64,000 nucleotides of DNA from Candidatus Saccharimonas sp. (GCA_032229905.1 JAVTWQ010000015.1:77112-141111); one strand, 5' to 3'. Numbered from the stretch's first letter, positions 1 through 9,077 are shown. Notes: generated by a model from the sequence alone, not told the origin. Numbers and translations are program-made.

Positions 1-270
1 CCCCAGGTGCCCGCCGCAGTTAGCGCAGGTTATTTCTGTTCTCATGCCATCAGCGTCGAGCGTTTGCACGACAGCCCCGGGCAGCGCATCGTCAAAGCTT
101 GGCCAGCCGCAGTGTGAAGCGAATTTATCATTCGAGGTATACAACTCGGCGCCACACTGCCGGCATACGTACATACCTTCATCCGTCGCATCAACATATT
201 CGCCGGTAAACGGCGCCTCGGTTCCTTTGTCTATAATGACGTGTTTTTCAGCTGGAGTTAGCTCTTTCAT
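1..270 (-). CDS. msrB: peptide-methionine (R)-S-oxide reductase MsrB (3-prime end cut by window edge)
   Basis: Reverse-strand translation from the ATG at 270-268 reads MKELTPAEKHVIIDKGTEAPFTGEYVDATDEGMYVCRQCGAELYTSNDKFASHCGWPSFDDALPGAVVQTLDADGMRTEITCANCGGHLG. It has two CxxC pairs and the CGWPSF motif of MsrB/SelR. It is absent from the ORF track because it runs off the window. Confidence 0.85.
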   Translation of the reverse strand, partial: MKELTPAEKHVIIDKGTEAPFTGEYVDATDEGMYVCRQCGAELYTSNDKFASHCGWPSFDDALPGAVVQTLDADGMRTEITCANCGGHLG

Positions 271-330
271 TAATATGAGTATAGCATCTACAACATACTC
301 TATTATCTAGCTTGGCCAGTGAATTCTGCT

Positions 331-810
331 TTATCTTTTGTTACTATTAAGTTTCTCATTAATAGTAGCGACCTCCCCGCGCAGACTTGCCAAGCTAAAC
401 ATCAAAACAAATAGTATTAGCGTTCCTATGACTGCGCACACGGCTGTTATGAGCGGTGAGATAAGGACAGCGTTAGCTAATACTGTTTGGCCATTGTCGG
501 TAGCTTGAGTCCCAATCCTTGGTACATAGGTGCCACTTTTACTTTCCGCAGTAGAATTGCTATCAATGTTGCCGCTAGGAGGTGTCGTCCTAGGAATAAA
601 ATTGAAAGCGCTAGGGTTAGCATACATAAAATAGATTAAGCCAATCAATATCACAACTAAAAACACAGCCATGACTACCAGGCCATTCCTCTTATTCACG
701 CGTTTATTACTTATGGCCGGTTCTAAACCACTATCATCCAGCTCTGTCAGCTGACTCGTAACAGCAGCCTTGTCATCGTCTATTTTCAATATATTTTCAT
801 CATCGTGCAT
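331..810 (-). CDS. hypothetical membrane protein (two predicted TM helices)
   Basis: 159 aa ORF with hydrophobic stretches GLVVMAVFLVVILIGLIYFMY and LISPLITAVCAVIGTLILFVLMF. No recognisable catalytic motif. Confidence 0.5.
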   Translation of the reverse strand: MHDDENILKIDDDKAAVTSQLTELDDSGLEPAISNKRVNKRNGLVVMAVFLVVILIGLIYFMYANPSAFNFIPRTTPPSGNIDSNSTAESKSGTYVPRIGTQATDNGQTVLANAVLISPLITAVCAVIGTLILFVLMFSLASLRGEVATINEKLNSNKR

Positions 811-888
811 ATACTTATCATATCAAAACCCACCCATAACAATAACTTTATAATGGCAGGATACTAGGGCGCTGGTATAATCAAAACA

Positions 889-1764
889 ATGGCAAACGTA
901 TTTAAAAACCTGCTTGGGCTTGCTCCAAAGCAAACCGACGATGGCGCTTATAGCCCGTCCTCATTTGCCCTCAAGCTCGCAACTTCTGATGTTACAGATT
1001 ATAAACAATGCAAGTACGAGAAGCTTCCTAAAAAATACAAGATATTGATGCTGTGTTCCGAGCAATCAAACGTACCGATGACAAATGGTACATATTTTTC
1101 GTCGGGCAATCACCCAGTGGAGACATTTGTGCCTATGCTACACCTTGAAAATGCAGGTTTTGAATTTGATGTTGTAACGCCAACAGGCAAACCGGTGAAA
1201 CTCGAGATGTGGGCGATGCCCAGTAATGACAAAAGTGTCCAGGTAATTTATAAAAAGTATAAAACTCAATTTGATCATCCGAAAAGTTTGACGGAACTAG
1301 CAGAAGATAACTTCGACACCGCCCACGACTACATCGCCATCTATGTTCCCGGAGGGCACGGGGCCTTACTTGGCCTCCCTACCGACAAACATGTCGGTGA
1401 CCTCATCAAATGGGCGCATCAAAATAGTTTGTTCCATTTATCAATTTGCCACGGGCCGGCGGCGCTACTTGCAGCTAAACCTACTGGCTATGAGCCATTT
1501 ATTTACGACGGCTATAAAATTGCAGCGTTCCCTGATGCCGTCGATCGCCGCACGCCGCTAATCGGATATATGCCTGGGCAATTAACCTGGTTTTTCGGCG
1601 AAAAACTCCAAGAGCTCGGGGTCACCATCATCAACAGAAAAGCCGACAAAACCTGCCATGTCGATAGAAAACTCATCACCGGCGCCAGCCCGAAAGCCGC
1701 CAATGAATTCGGCAAACTCGCCGCAACGACACTCGTCGAATACGTAAAGCAAAGCAGTTACTAA
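889..1764 (+). CDS. hchA: Hsp31-type glyoxalase III / protein deglycase (DJ-1/PfpI family)
   Basis: Alignable by eye along its length with E. coli HchA: GNHPVETFVPMLHLENAGFEFDVVTP, YVPGGHGAL, the nucleophile-elbow SICHGPAALL, and GYMPGQLTWFFGE. A TATAAT box lies at 876-881, 7 nt before the ATG. Confidence 0.85.
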   Translation: MANVFKNLLGLAPKQTDDGAYSPSSFALKLATSDVTDYKQCKYEKLPKKYKILMLCSEQSNVPMTNGTYFSSGNHPVETFVPMLHLENAGFEFDVVTPTGKPVKLEMWAMPSNDKSVQVIYKKYKTQFDHPKSLTELAEDNFDTAHDYIAIYVPGGHGALLGLPTDKHVGDLIKWAHQNSLFHLSICHGPAALLAAKPTGYEPFIYDGYKIAAFPDAVDRRTPLIGYMPGQLTWFFGEKLQELGVTIINRKADKTCHVDRKLITGASPKAANEFGKLAATTLVEYVKQSSY

Positions 1765-1861
1765 ATCCTCACCTTGTCTCCCCGCTCCTCACCGCCAAAC
1801 CGCAACCATGCGCCAGTAAACTGGCGCGATCTCTGGCTATCGGTTATGTTGCGGAGTCAAA

Positions 1862-1913
1862 CAAAAATACCCTGTGCGTGAGTTTATCTTTACTTGGCTC
1901 ACAATGATAGAGG
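1862..1913. repeat. diverged copy (D) of the same intergenic repeat family
   Basis: ACAAAAATACCC (1862-1872) compares with ACAAAATACCCC in copies A and B. CTTGGCTC (1893-1900), N6, then ATAGAGG (1907-1913) has the same spacing as in copy B. Confidence 0.45.
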
Positions 1914-1982
1914 GAGTTATAAATGTGATAACGACAAACCTATCATACATATTTGCCTAAATGCTTGATAGAATATAGTTAG

Positions 1983-3140
1983 ATGTCAGTAAGAAGAAAG
2001 ATCGACAGTACGCTCCGTAAATTTGAGAAAAACTTTGAAACTCAAAATCTTATTGAAGTGTCTAAGTCGGCGTTGATTAGCAATCTAAATCTATTCGGCA
2101 AAGTAAGCGGTAAGTCGGTTATACCTGTCCTTAAGGGCAATGCATACGGTCATGGTATTGAACAGGTTGCGACTGCATTAAAACATGAGGAGCTCACATA
2201 TATAGCCGTAGATGGCTATTTTGAGGCACTACGCGTCAGAGAGGTTAGTAAGCAGCCCGTGCTAATAATGGGGGCAATTATGCCCCAAAACTTCAAGCAT
2301 ATTAAATATAATGACTTTACGTTTGTGGTTCAAGATGAAGCTACCGTACACGCACTCGGTGCGACTGGTAAGAAAGTAAAGATTCATATTGAGTGTAATA
2401 CTGGCATGAACCGTTATGGCGTCAGTCCTGAAGGTGTCGAAGCTCTCACAAAACTTGTTCTGAACTATAAGAACCTTGAGCTTGAAGGCGTCATGAGCCA
2501 CCTAGCCGACAGTGACGGCTATGATGATAAAACCGTAGATACAGCCGTGGAACTGTTTGACGCAGCTATCGATACGATATTCGCTTGTGGAGCAACTCCA
2601 ACGATCTTTCATGTTGCACAATCTGCTGGAAGTATAAAAGCGAAATCTACATACGCCAACACCATACGATTAGGGATTGGATTATACGGCATAAACCCAT
2701 TTTCTGTTGGTCATAAACTGTATTTAGAGCTTGCCAATAAGCTGCAGCCAGCCATGAGGCTTATCAGCACTATTACTAAAGTTACTGGTTTGAAACAAGG
2801 TGATAAGGTCAGCTATAACTACACCTTTACCGCTCCAAAAAGAATGAGGCTTGGCGTTTTACCGCTAGGCTACTTCGAAGGTGTCAATCAGGCTCTAAGT
2901 AATGCGGGAACAACAAAGCTAAACGAGACTTACCTGCCTATTGTTGGTCGTGTATGCATGAATCACACCATGATTGACTTGGGGGATAGCGGGGCAAAAG
3001 TTGGGGACAGGGTAATCGTTTATAGCAATAAGACCAGTGCTCTAAATTCGATTGATTCAGTTGCAAAACAGCACAAACTTTTCAGCTACAACCTACTTAC
3101 TTGCCTAAGCTGTGATGTTAGAAGAGCCCTGGTAGATTAA
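1983..3140 (+). CDS. alr: alanine racemase
   Basis: PLP-lysine motif VLKGNAYGHG near the N-terminus, 385 aa length, and a C-terminal GRVCMNHTMIDL-type segment typical of Alr. Confidence 0.85.
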   Translation: MSVRRKIDSTLRKFEKNFETQNLIEVSKSALISNLNLFGKVSGKSVIPVLKGNAYGHGIEQVATALKHEELTYIAVDGYFEALRVREVSKQPVLIMGAIMPQNFKHIKYNDFTFVVQDEATVHALGATGKKVKIHIECNTGMNRYGVSPEGVEALTKLVLNYKNLELEGVMSHLADSDGYDDKTVDTAVELFDAAIDTIFACGATPTIFHVAQSAGSIKAKSTYANTIRLGIGLYGINPFSVGHKLYLELANKLQPAMRLISTITKVTGLKQGDKVSYNYTFTAPKRMRLGVLPLGYFEGVNQALSNAGTTKLNETYLPIVGRVCMNHTMIDLGDSGAKVGDRVIVYSNKTSALNSIDSVAKQHKLFSYNLLTCLSCDVRRALVD

Positions 3141-3185
3141 TTATTGCTACCATTACTCTTGGTCTCAATTCTAGCTTACGCATAT

Positions 3186-3226
3186 AAAAAGTCAGAACTA
3201 TCTTCACAGTTCTGACTTTTTCTTTT
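3186..3226. terminator. rho-independent terminator after alr
   Basis: A-tract, then stem GTCAGAACT (3191-3199), an 8-nt loop, AGTTCTGAC (3208-3216), and a T-tract at 3217-3226. Confidence 0.8.
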
Positions 3227-3241
3227 GCAGCTTGAATCCCC

Positions 3242-3257
3242 CTAGTGGACGAATTTC
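3242..3257. repeat. CTAGTGGACGAATTTC box (partner of 4769-4784)
   Basis: 15 of 16 nt identical to 4769-4784. Both boxes sit in intergenic DNA bracketing the 3315..4701 gene pair. Confidence 0.5.
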
Positions 3258-3277
3258 GTAATATCTATGCATTAATA

Positions 3278-3306
3278 TTGACTATTCATCATACTTATGC
3301 TAATAT
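3278..3306 (+). promoter_or_regulatory. sigma70-type promoter giving a near-leaderless transcript for the 3315 gene
   Basis: TTGACT (3278-3283), a 17-nt spacer, then TAATAT (3301-3306). The ATG at 3315 is only 8 nt after the -10 box and there is no SD. Confidence 0.6.
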
Positions 3307-3314
3307 GATATCAA

Positions 3315-4196
3315 ATGATTGAAAAACAAACATACGCAATTGAAAAAGAAGATATCAAAGTCCCTAACCTCTCAAAGGGCGAGTCCGCAATCGTTTTCCA
3401 GCGCCACGGTAAATATGAACGCGACAAGGCAAGTCCAAGCAGCGGGTCAATTACTGAAGATGCTGTAGAAGATTTATCAGCGGATGGTAAGGCATTCTTT
3501 GACGAACTGCTCTCTAGCGAACAGAGCCCAGGAGATGTGATGGTCTTCTTCGTATCAAGTGACACGAAGTACGGTAAGGGCTACCGATCGATGGAAACGG
3601 CGCAAATCGCCGAAGATACTGCTATTGAAGCATTCCGTGCAGCGGGGCTTGATCCAAGTAAGCAGATCATAAACCTAAGTCCGGATTTCAAAACGAATGC
3701 CTTTGATAAAACAGGGCAGGCTGTTCGGCCAGATGCGAAGATCCATGAACCTGAGTTCTTAGATAATAGAGGCTACGTCCAATTCCTGAAGGATAAGTAT
3801 AGCGATGGTGAAATACTCACGCCTAAGGCATGGGCTATGCACGAAATGGATACCGACAAGGAAGTCCGCGAGGAACATGGAGCAGAAGGTGTCCATGATA
3901 TCGTCGAGCGAACTAAAAAATCTCTTGCTATTCTGGAGCGATATGCTCGAATCTTCCACGCAAACAATCCCGGCAAAAAACTGATTATCTGGGCTGCGTC
4001 ACATTACGATACGCTCAGCCCACTGGTAAAAGATGCTACCGGTACCGATTTTGGTGATTACCTTCCCGTGGACTATGGCGCTGGCATTACCATCGAATTA
4101 AAGAATGGCCAGACGCCAACATTTGAAGTTGCCGGAGAGCGGGTGGCGCTAAGCTTAGCGTCTGCCGCTGCTAAGGCTGTTGAGTCAAAGCTCTAG
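3315..4196 (+). CDS. histidine-phosphatase-superfamily-like protein (function uncertain)
   Basis: N-terminal IVFQRHGKYER resembles the RHG catalytic motif of the phosphoglycerate-mutase-like family. A later AASHYDT supplies a candidate second His. Assignment is by motif only. Confidence 0.4.
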   Translation: MIEKQTYAIEKEDIKVPNLSKGESAIVFQRHGKYERDKASPSSGSITEDAVEDLSADGKAFFDELLSSEQSPGDVMVFFVSSDTKYGKGYRSMETAQIAEDTAIEAFRAAGLDPSKQIINLSPDFKTNAFDKTGQAVRPDAKIHEPEFLDNRGYVQFLKDKYSDGEILTPKAWAMHEMDTDKEVREEHGAEGVHDIVERTKKSLAILERYARIFHANNPGKKLIIWAASHYDTLSPLVKDATGTDFGDYLPVDYGAGITIELKNGQTPTFEVAGERVALSLASAAAKAVESKL

Positions 4197-4701
4197 TTGC
4201 CTCTTCTATCGATTTATGGAGTGGGACACCGTGTTCGGTGTTCCACTTTTGGATAATCTCGATACCCTTTTTCAGCTGCTCGTGTTGGTCACTCGTTAGT
4301 CCACCATCGTAGCCATTTTCTTGGCGATTTTCGATTTGAGCCGTTAGTATGTCCCATTCTGGAATGACGATTGCATCGGGTTTTAGCCAGGAGTTGATAG
4401 AGGTCATGATCCAAAATCCCTTATCGACACATTGCTGTGTAATAACGTCGCATCGTTGCTCTACGCGCTCAATAACCGGCACACCTTGGTTCCACCAATC
4501 ATTTTTGGGTTGAGCCCCTGAGCCAGTAAGCACCGTGTCGCCATCGATCCAGTGCTGCTCCTCTTGTCTCGAGCAAAAATATGTCTTACCCGCTCCAGAC
4601 GGAGTCATAATAAATAACCCTTTTGGATGTTGGACGTACTTCTTACCTAACTCCTCGAAAAAACTCTCACCACTTGCATATATGACAGTATCGATATTCA
4701 T
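4171..4701 (-). CDS. small P-loop NTPase / kinase-like protein
   Basis: Walker A MTPSGAGKTYF. 176 aa. Convergently overlaps the previous gene by 26 nt. Confidence 0.55.
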   Translation of the reverse strand: MNIDTVIYASGESFFEELGKKYVQHPKGLFIMTPSGAGKTYFCSRQEEQHWIDGDTVLTGSGAQPKNDWWNQGVPVIERVEQRCDVITQQCVDKGFWIMTSINSWLKPDAIVIPEWDILTAQIENRQENGYDGGLTSDQHEQLKKGIEIIQKWNTEHGVPLHKSIEEATRALTQQP

Positions 4702-4707
4702 ATATTT

Positions 4708-4784
4708 ATCATAACAAAATACCCCAGAACAAACTGAGGTATTTTAATCATAAGCGTTTTGGCTCCGGCTAGTAGACGAATTTC
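4708..4784. repeat. intergenic repeat copy A: AT-rich hairpin, tRNA-Asn 3-prime-end mimic and a CTAGTAGACGAATTTC box
   Basis: About 58 nt (4708-4766) match 5342-5399 with about 6 mismatches. The hairpin is AAAATACC (4716-4723) / GGTATTTT (4738-4745). TTGGCTCCGGC (4759-4769) is identical to 15475-15485 (tRNA CCA end plus acceptor stem). CTAGTAGACGAATTTC (4769-4784) recurs at 3242-3257 with 1 mismatch. Confidence 0.75.
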
Positions 4785-4794
4785 AGAACACAGG

Positions 4795-5334
4795 CTACAA
4801 AGAACTAGGATTTACAGAGTCGATCGTCACGCTCACGTAAATTTTACTGATCTCGTTGCCTGTCAGAATAATTGGCTTATAGGCTTCTGCTTCTTTCGTG
4901 AGATAGTCCTGCCATTCCATGAATCCCTTGCGCTGTTCAGGTGTCTTTCCAAATGGATTTACGCGTTCTTGGCTTGAGAGATTATTTAGTAGCTCATCCT
5001 CATTCTTTTGCATGATGAAGATCTTTCCAAAGAGCCCGTAGCATTCGGCTACATTCTCTGCTGAACCACATAGGATAGCTTGAGGATTGTCACTCAGAAA
5101 CTGCTTTAACCTCTCGGGCTTCCAATACCAACCATATTTGGCATACCAATTGTCTTCGCCGTTATCTTTATGCTCTGCTACGGGGCCAAGTACCTCGCCT
5201 GTCTCGAACTCGCGCCACTCACAGAGACCTTCGAGTTCATCTGTATCGAAAAATCGATTATCTCCGACAGACTGGGCATACCGAACCAGTGTAGTTTTAC
5301 CGGAACCGGGTGTACCGGTAACGAGAATATTCAT
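4795..5334 (-). CDS. P-loop kinase-like protein (adenylate/shikimate-kinase-like fold)
   Basis: N-terminal MNILVTGTPGSGKTTLV Walker A right at the start, as in small nucleotide/nucleoside kinases. 179 aa. Confidence 0.55.
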   Translation of the reverse strand: MNILVTGTPGSGKTTLVRYAQSVGDNRFFDTDELEGLCEWREFETGEVLGPVAEHKDNGEDNWYAKYGWYWKPERLKQFLSDNPQAILCGSAENVAECYGLFGKIFIMQKNEDELLNNLSSQERVNPFGKTPEQRKGFMEWQDYLTKEAEAYKPIILTGNEISKIYVSVTIDSVNPSSL

Positions 5335-5341
5335 ACCATTA

Positions 5342-5411
5342 TGATAACAAAATACCCCAGAATTAACTGAAGTATTTTAACCATAAGCGTCTTGGCTCCC
5401 TACTATAGAGG
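5342..5411. repeat. intergenic repeat copy B: hairpin and tRNA-Asn 3-prime-end mimic, candidate left junction of the integrative element
   Basis: Matches copy A. TCTTGGCTCC (5390-5399) is identical to 15473-15482. CTTGGCTC-N6-ATAGAGG (5391-5411) recurs with the same spacing at 1893-1913. Confidence 0.7.
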
Positions 5412-5459
5412 CTGTCATAACTGCGATAAAGCAAGACCTAGCTGTTGTATAGTTGAACA

Positions 5460-5651
5460 ATGACAAGGATAAGCCCTGAACGCATTAAGGAATTACAGAA
5501 GCTTCTCAAGGAGCAAACCGGCAAAGATTACAGTAGTGAGGAGGCTCAAGAAGCAGGCCTAGCGATCATGCGTTTCGTGATAGCTAAAGAGCAGCGCAAG
5601 CAACAACTACAGTCAGAGGCCGAGCCCACGCAAGTTGAGGACAAAAACTAA
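5460..5651 (+). CDS. small helical protein, paralogue of 11899..12060
   Basis: 63 aa. The SPERIKELQKLLKEQTGKDYSSEEAQEAGLAIMRFV segment aligns with SVALVAEFQELHFKKFGEVISSEVAELELLSLAELI of the 53-aa ORF. TATAGT at 5448-5453 lies 6 nt before the ATG. Confidence 0.5.
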   Translation: MTRISPERIKELQKLLKEQTGKDYSSEEAQEAGLAIMRFVIAKEQRKQQLQSEAEPTQVEDKN

Positions 5652-5752
5652 GTAGGGCTTCGTTCGATGGAGGGGGGGTGGGCATGCCCACTTGGACTAT
5701 TACCCGTTTATACATCCCACCCGAAAACTTTTTGATTTTTTACCAAATTTTA

Positions 5753-8014
5753 TCAATCAAACTCTATAGGAGCTTGTGCTGCGGCGTAAATGTCTACTTG
5801 CGTTTCAACGTTAAGAGGCTCGACGAGCCAACCCCGGAGCTGACATTGCTGAACAAAGCTATCTATTCTATTCTTACCGTTTATCTCTTTTAATGTAGCG
5901 ACTACGCCGAATTTTATATCCTTGCCGTCACCGTTATTTAAGCGGTCGTTTGTCTTAACACTTAGACCCCAAAGTCCTTTTTCAAGCGCAACTTTTGACC
6001 TTGTTCTTGAAGTATATTTATCCTGAACCCTTTTTGTATTATCCCATTTTCGATAAAGTACACGTGCGTCCTTCTCGTTCACGGTAAATCTTTCTCCACT
6101 AAGAACTTGCTGCACGTTGCCGTTAATAGATTTAACGTATTTGCTGAGCTTGCCCTCTGCGATACGTCCAAAATATAGGTCTAACTCTGTGTTCGTATAG
6201 TCAACTCCTTGATTGATAGAACACTTAGGAAAATAACAAAGAGTTGCACGTGCAACAAAGGGATGGTGACCGTTCTCAACTGGCACGGGGAGGTTGTAGT
6301 TATAAGTGTCCCATTTTTTTGATGTACCGCTGATTATAAAGCGTATTTCATCATCGGATGACTTGACGATGTCGTTGATGTGAGTAGGCACAATGCCGTG
6401 GCCAATATAGGGTGCCATAGCATGATCGATTGTATTTGTATCCCATTTTGCTGCCGAGTCAATTATAAGCGCTTTTGCGACTTCTCTAGGTAAGCCAAGT
6501 ATATGGATTAGGTAGGCCAGCTTACGTGTTACCCAAGGGGCAGCGAATGATGTTCCTGCCTTGCTACCTGCCCAGTTATCTGGAGTGCAAACCGTAATAG
6601 AGTCTCGACCTTCACCACCCTGTGCACAAATATCAGGCTTATTGAAGAATGATAGGACGATACCTTTTCTTGAATACGATGCAGATGTGCCTGAAGAAGT
6701 GACTGAATTCACGACCACTGAGTTTATTGAGTCTGCGGGTGCACCGATAATTTTTTCTGAATCACCATCTAGGACACCCTTATTTGTGCCTGCAACTACG
6801 AAAATGATGTCATTAAACTCGTACTGAAGCTCGTCTAACATTGCAGCTTCGGGTGATATAGAGTTCCTGTTAATTTCTTTGTCAGACCCGAGTGACAAAT
6901 TCCAGACCTTTATATCGCGATGCTTCCTGACTATGTCGCGTATCAGCTTCATGACTGTAAATGAACTGAAGTTCTTTCCTGTAGCGACACCGAAATGTCT
7001 GACTCTGAATTTGCCACACCCGTCTTCTAGGTGGCGATTGAACGAGGGACCATCTACTATTATTGATGTGACGGCAGTTCCATGCACCGCATCATCTGAA
7101 GCCCGCGGAAGGTTTTCGTCCAACATGTCGTGGTATTCAACCCAGTCCTTAAAATAGACCTTATCGCTAAAAGCTTTATCTATAACACCTATCACTGGTT
7201 CGTCCCCGGGTGGTTCGATCGTAATGATGTTTTCCGTTACTTCATCATCAGTCGAGATGTCTACATCAAGACTGGTTTCTTCATCAGCCGACATGGCAAT
7301 CAGAAATGGCGCTTTTTCATTTAATATCTCTATTTCATTTTTTGAGAGCAATAAGGTTGACGTGTGGACTAGATTACCCGGCAAAATTTCAATCTCTAGC
7401 TTTTGCATGAGTTCAAAAATATCGAGTCCTGTATCGTAGATCGTCACGATGGAGTTCTGGCTTGTATCAACGGTTCTTTGAGGAATTCTAAAATTCTCAA
7501 TGTGATATGAATCAACAATAATATTAAGAAATGAGCTTTTCGAAAGACCATAATCGTCGTATATAATCGAGTCGTCCAGCTTATCAATTTGGTCATAGGT
7601 AATTTGACCATCGAAACGATCGTCGGCATCAAGTATTAACTTGGCATTTTCTAATTTTTCAATCGTTTTCTCTACGACAGATAGTTTATCGAGGTAGTGC
7701 GTAATTACATGCTTCTCGCCACCTTCAGTAAATCTAGCACCAACAACACTATCGTTTGCCTTTTTGCCGTTGCCTGAAAATAGGGCCTGAATCCGATTGC
7801 TTTTTGGCACTACCGTTCTGTACTCCACGTCAATAATCGCGCCGGGTAGCAGATCTTCTTTATCCCACCATTCAAGTGCTGACTTTAACTGTCGTATTAA
7901 TAGGTCGATGTGCTCTATTTTGACAAGCTCATTAGCGTGTATATTTCTTGGTCCGCCACCGGGTCCACGATCTTTTTGCTCAAGTCGATTACTCATTTGC
8001 AGGATGTTATTCAT
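5753..8014 (-). CDS. S8 (subtilisin-family) serine peptidase with large unassigned N- and C-terminal regions and no signal peptide
   Basis: Catalytic triad motifs occur in order: VIGVIDKAF (Asp), HGTAVTSII (His), GTSFAAPWV (Ser). The N-terminus MNNILQMSNRLEQKDRGPGGGPRN has no hydrophobic leader. The ATG (8014-8012) directly abuts the upstream gene's stop codon. Confidence 0.85.
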   Translation of the reverse strand: MNNILQMSNRLEQKDRGPGGGPRNIHANELVKIEHIDLLIRQLKSALEWWDKEDLLPGAIIDVEYRTVVPKSNRIQALFSGNGKKANDSVVGARFTEGGEKHVITHYLDKLSVVEKTIEKLENAKLILDADDRFDGQITYDQIDKLDDSIIYDDYGLSKSSFLNIIVDSYHIENFRIPQRTVDTSQNSIVTIYDTGLDIFELMQKLEIEILPGNLVHTSTLLLSKNEIEILNEKAPFLIAMSADEETSLDVDISTDDEVTENIITIEPPGDEPVIGVIDKAFSDKVYFKDWVEYHDMLDENLPRASDDAVHGTAVTSIIVDGPSFNRHLEDGCGKFRVRHFGVATGKNFSSFTVMKLIRDIVRKHRDIKVWNLSLGSDKEINRNSISPEAAMLDELQYEFNDIIFVVAGTNKGVLDGDSEKIIGAPADSINSVVVNSVTSSGTSASYSRKGIVLSFFNKPDICAQGGEGRDSITVCTPDNWAGSKAGTSFAAPWVTRKLAYLIHILGLPREVAKALIIDSAAKWDTNTIDHAMAPYIGHGIVPTHINDIVKSSDDEIRFIISGTSKKWDTYNYNLPVPVENGHHPFVARATLCYFPKCSINQGVDYTNTELDLYFGRIAEGKLSKYVKSINGNVQQVLSGERFTVNEKDARVLYRKWDNTKRVQDKYTSRTRSKVALEKGLWGLSVKTNDRLNNGDGKDIKFGVVATLKEINGKNRIDSFVQQCQLRGWLVEPLNVETQVDIYAAAQAPIEFD

Positions 8015-9070
8015 CTAAGCGCTCAGCTCTCTCGATACTTGGCTTTTTGACGTGCCGGTTATAACTTCAATTTCACGAACGGTGTAGCCTTGCTTCTGAA
8101 GCTTCTTTATATCTGGTTCACCTTGCTTTGTGTCATTTAAAGCTTCATATATTCTCCGCAAATAGTCATATTCACTGCCCGGATCACTAAAAGCAAGGGA
8201 GGTTTTTATGATATTCTTCAGGTCGCCTGGATATGGCAATCTATTACTAGATGCAAGAATCTTCCTGAATAGCCTGACGTTACGGCTTGCGAATTTAAAC
8301 CTTGTTAACAACTCAGAAAGTATGGCATCTGCTGAATTAATTAGATCATCTTGGCTATAGCGATTAAAGTTGATAACAGCATCAAATCTTCGCGCAAGTG
8401 CCTTATCAAACTGCTCGTATAAATTAGTTGTTGCGATCAATATGATTCTTTCATCTAGTCCATCCATAGCCTTCAAGAAAGAGGAAGTCACTCGACCCAT
8501 CTCTCTTACATCTCTCGAATTAATCCTATCGAGTGCGATGGCATCAATTTCATCAACCAAAACTATAACGCCCTCAGGGTGAGGTAATTTTCTTAACTCT
8601 TCGAAAACAGCGCTGATATTCTTTTGGGTCTCCCCAAGTCGACTGCTTATTAAGCTGTCGAAATCAATCATGTACAGGCTACGATCTAGGATTGAAGCAA
8701 TCTGCTTTACGCTCTCTGTTTTACCAGTACCAGGTACTCCTTCAAATAAAAACTTATGAATTCCAACGCCATGTCGGATAGAGTTCATGGCACCAACGAT
8801 ATCGCTTTCTATGGCAGCCGGAAGCGGAAGTGCTCCACCTGTATTGGTGTTCACTTTTACAAAGTATGGCATGTCATCGCTGTGCTCTTGCGGCGAGAAG
8901 GTATTAGCACCAGACATAACGGCCATAATGTACTCAGCTAACTGCGTATCTCCGATACTGTTAAAGTATCTTGCAATATCGTAAGCCTCAGCCCTAAAGC
9001 CAGCATCATTGTTCTCTGAATAGTACTTAATTAGGTTCAGGATATTTTTCTTTTTGATTGGTTCTTTCAT
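8015..9070 (-). CDS. AAA+ ATPase with a C-terminal helix-turn-helix-like tail
   Basis: Walker A GVPGTGKT, Walker B VLVDEIDA, sensor/Arg-finger region IATTNLYEQFDKALARRFD, and C-terminal GYTVREIEVITGTSKSQVSRELS. I place the start at the ATG at 9070 (MKEPIKKKN). The track start at 9106 is a TTG that lies inside the predicted -35 box. Confidence 0.8.
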   Translation of the reverse strand: MKEPIKKKNILNLIKYYSENNDAGFRAEAYDIARYFNSIGDTQLAEYIMAVMSGANTFSPQEHSDDMPYFVKVNTNTGGALPLPAAIESDIVGAMNSIRHGVGIHKFLFEGVPGTGKTESVKQIASILDRSLYMIDFDSLISSRLGETQKNISAVFEELRKLPHPEGVIVLVDEIDAIALDRINSRDVREMGRVTSSFLKAMDGLDERIILIATTNLYEQFDKALARRFDAVINFNRYSQDDLINSADAILSELLTRFKFASRNVRLFRKILASSNRLPYPGDLKNIIKTSLAFSDPGSEYDYLRRIYEALNDTKQGEPDIKKLQKQGYTVREIEVITGTSKSQVSRELSA

Positions 9071-9077
9071 ACTTTCT

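Noticed and set aside
44-310. 88-aa plus-strand ORF in the track
   Set aside because: It is the antisense shadow of msrB, whose reverse-strand translation carries unmistakable MsrB motifs. The plus-strand product is low-complexity with no start context.
4759-4769. A second tRNA gene or tRNA pseudogene at the repeat copies
   Set aside because: Only 10-11 nt (acceptor 3-prime strand plus CCA) match tRNA-Asn, and no T-arm or anticodon arm is present. At most it is an att-type fragment.
1862-5411. Integron-like cassette array (hairpin repeats between single-gene cassettes)
   Set aside because: There is no tyrosine IntI-type integrase. The cassettes are in mixed orientation. The repeats lack the R/L box organisation of attC sites, and alr and hchA look like ordinary chromosomal genes.
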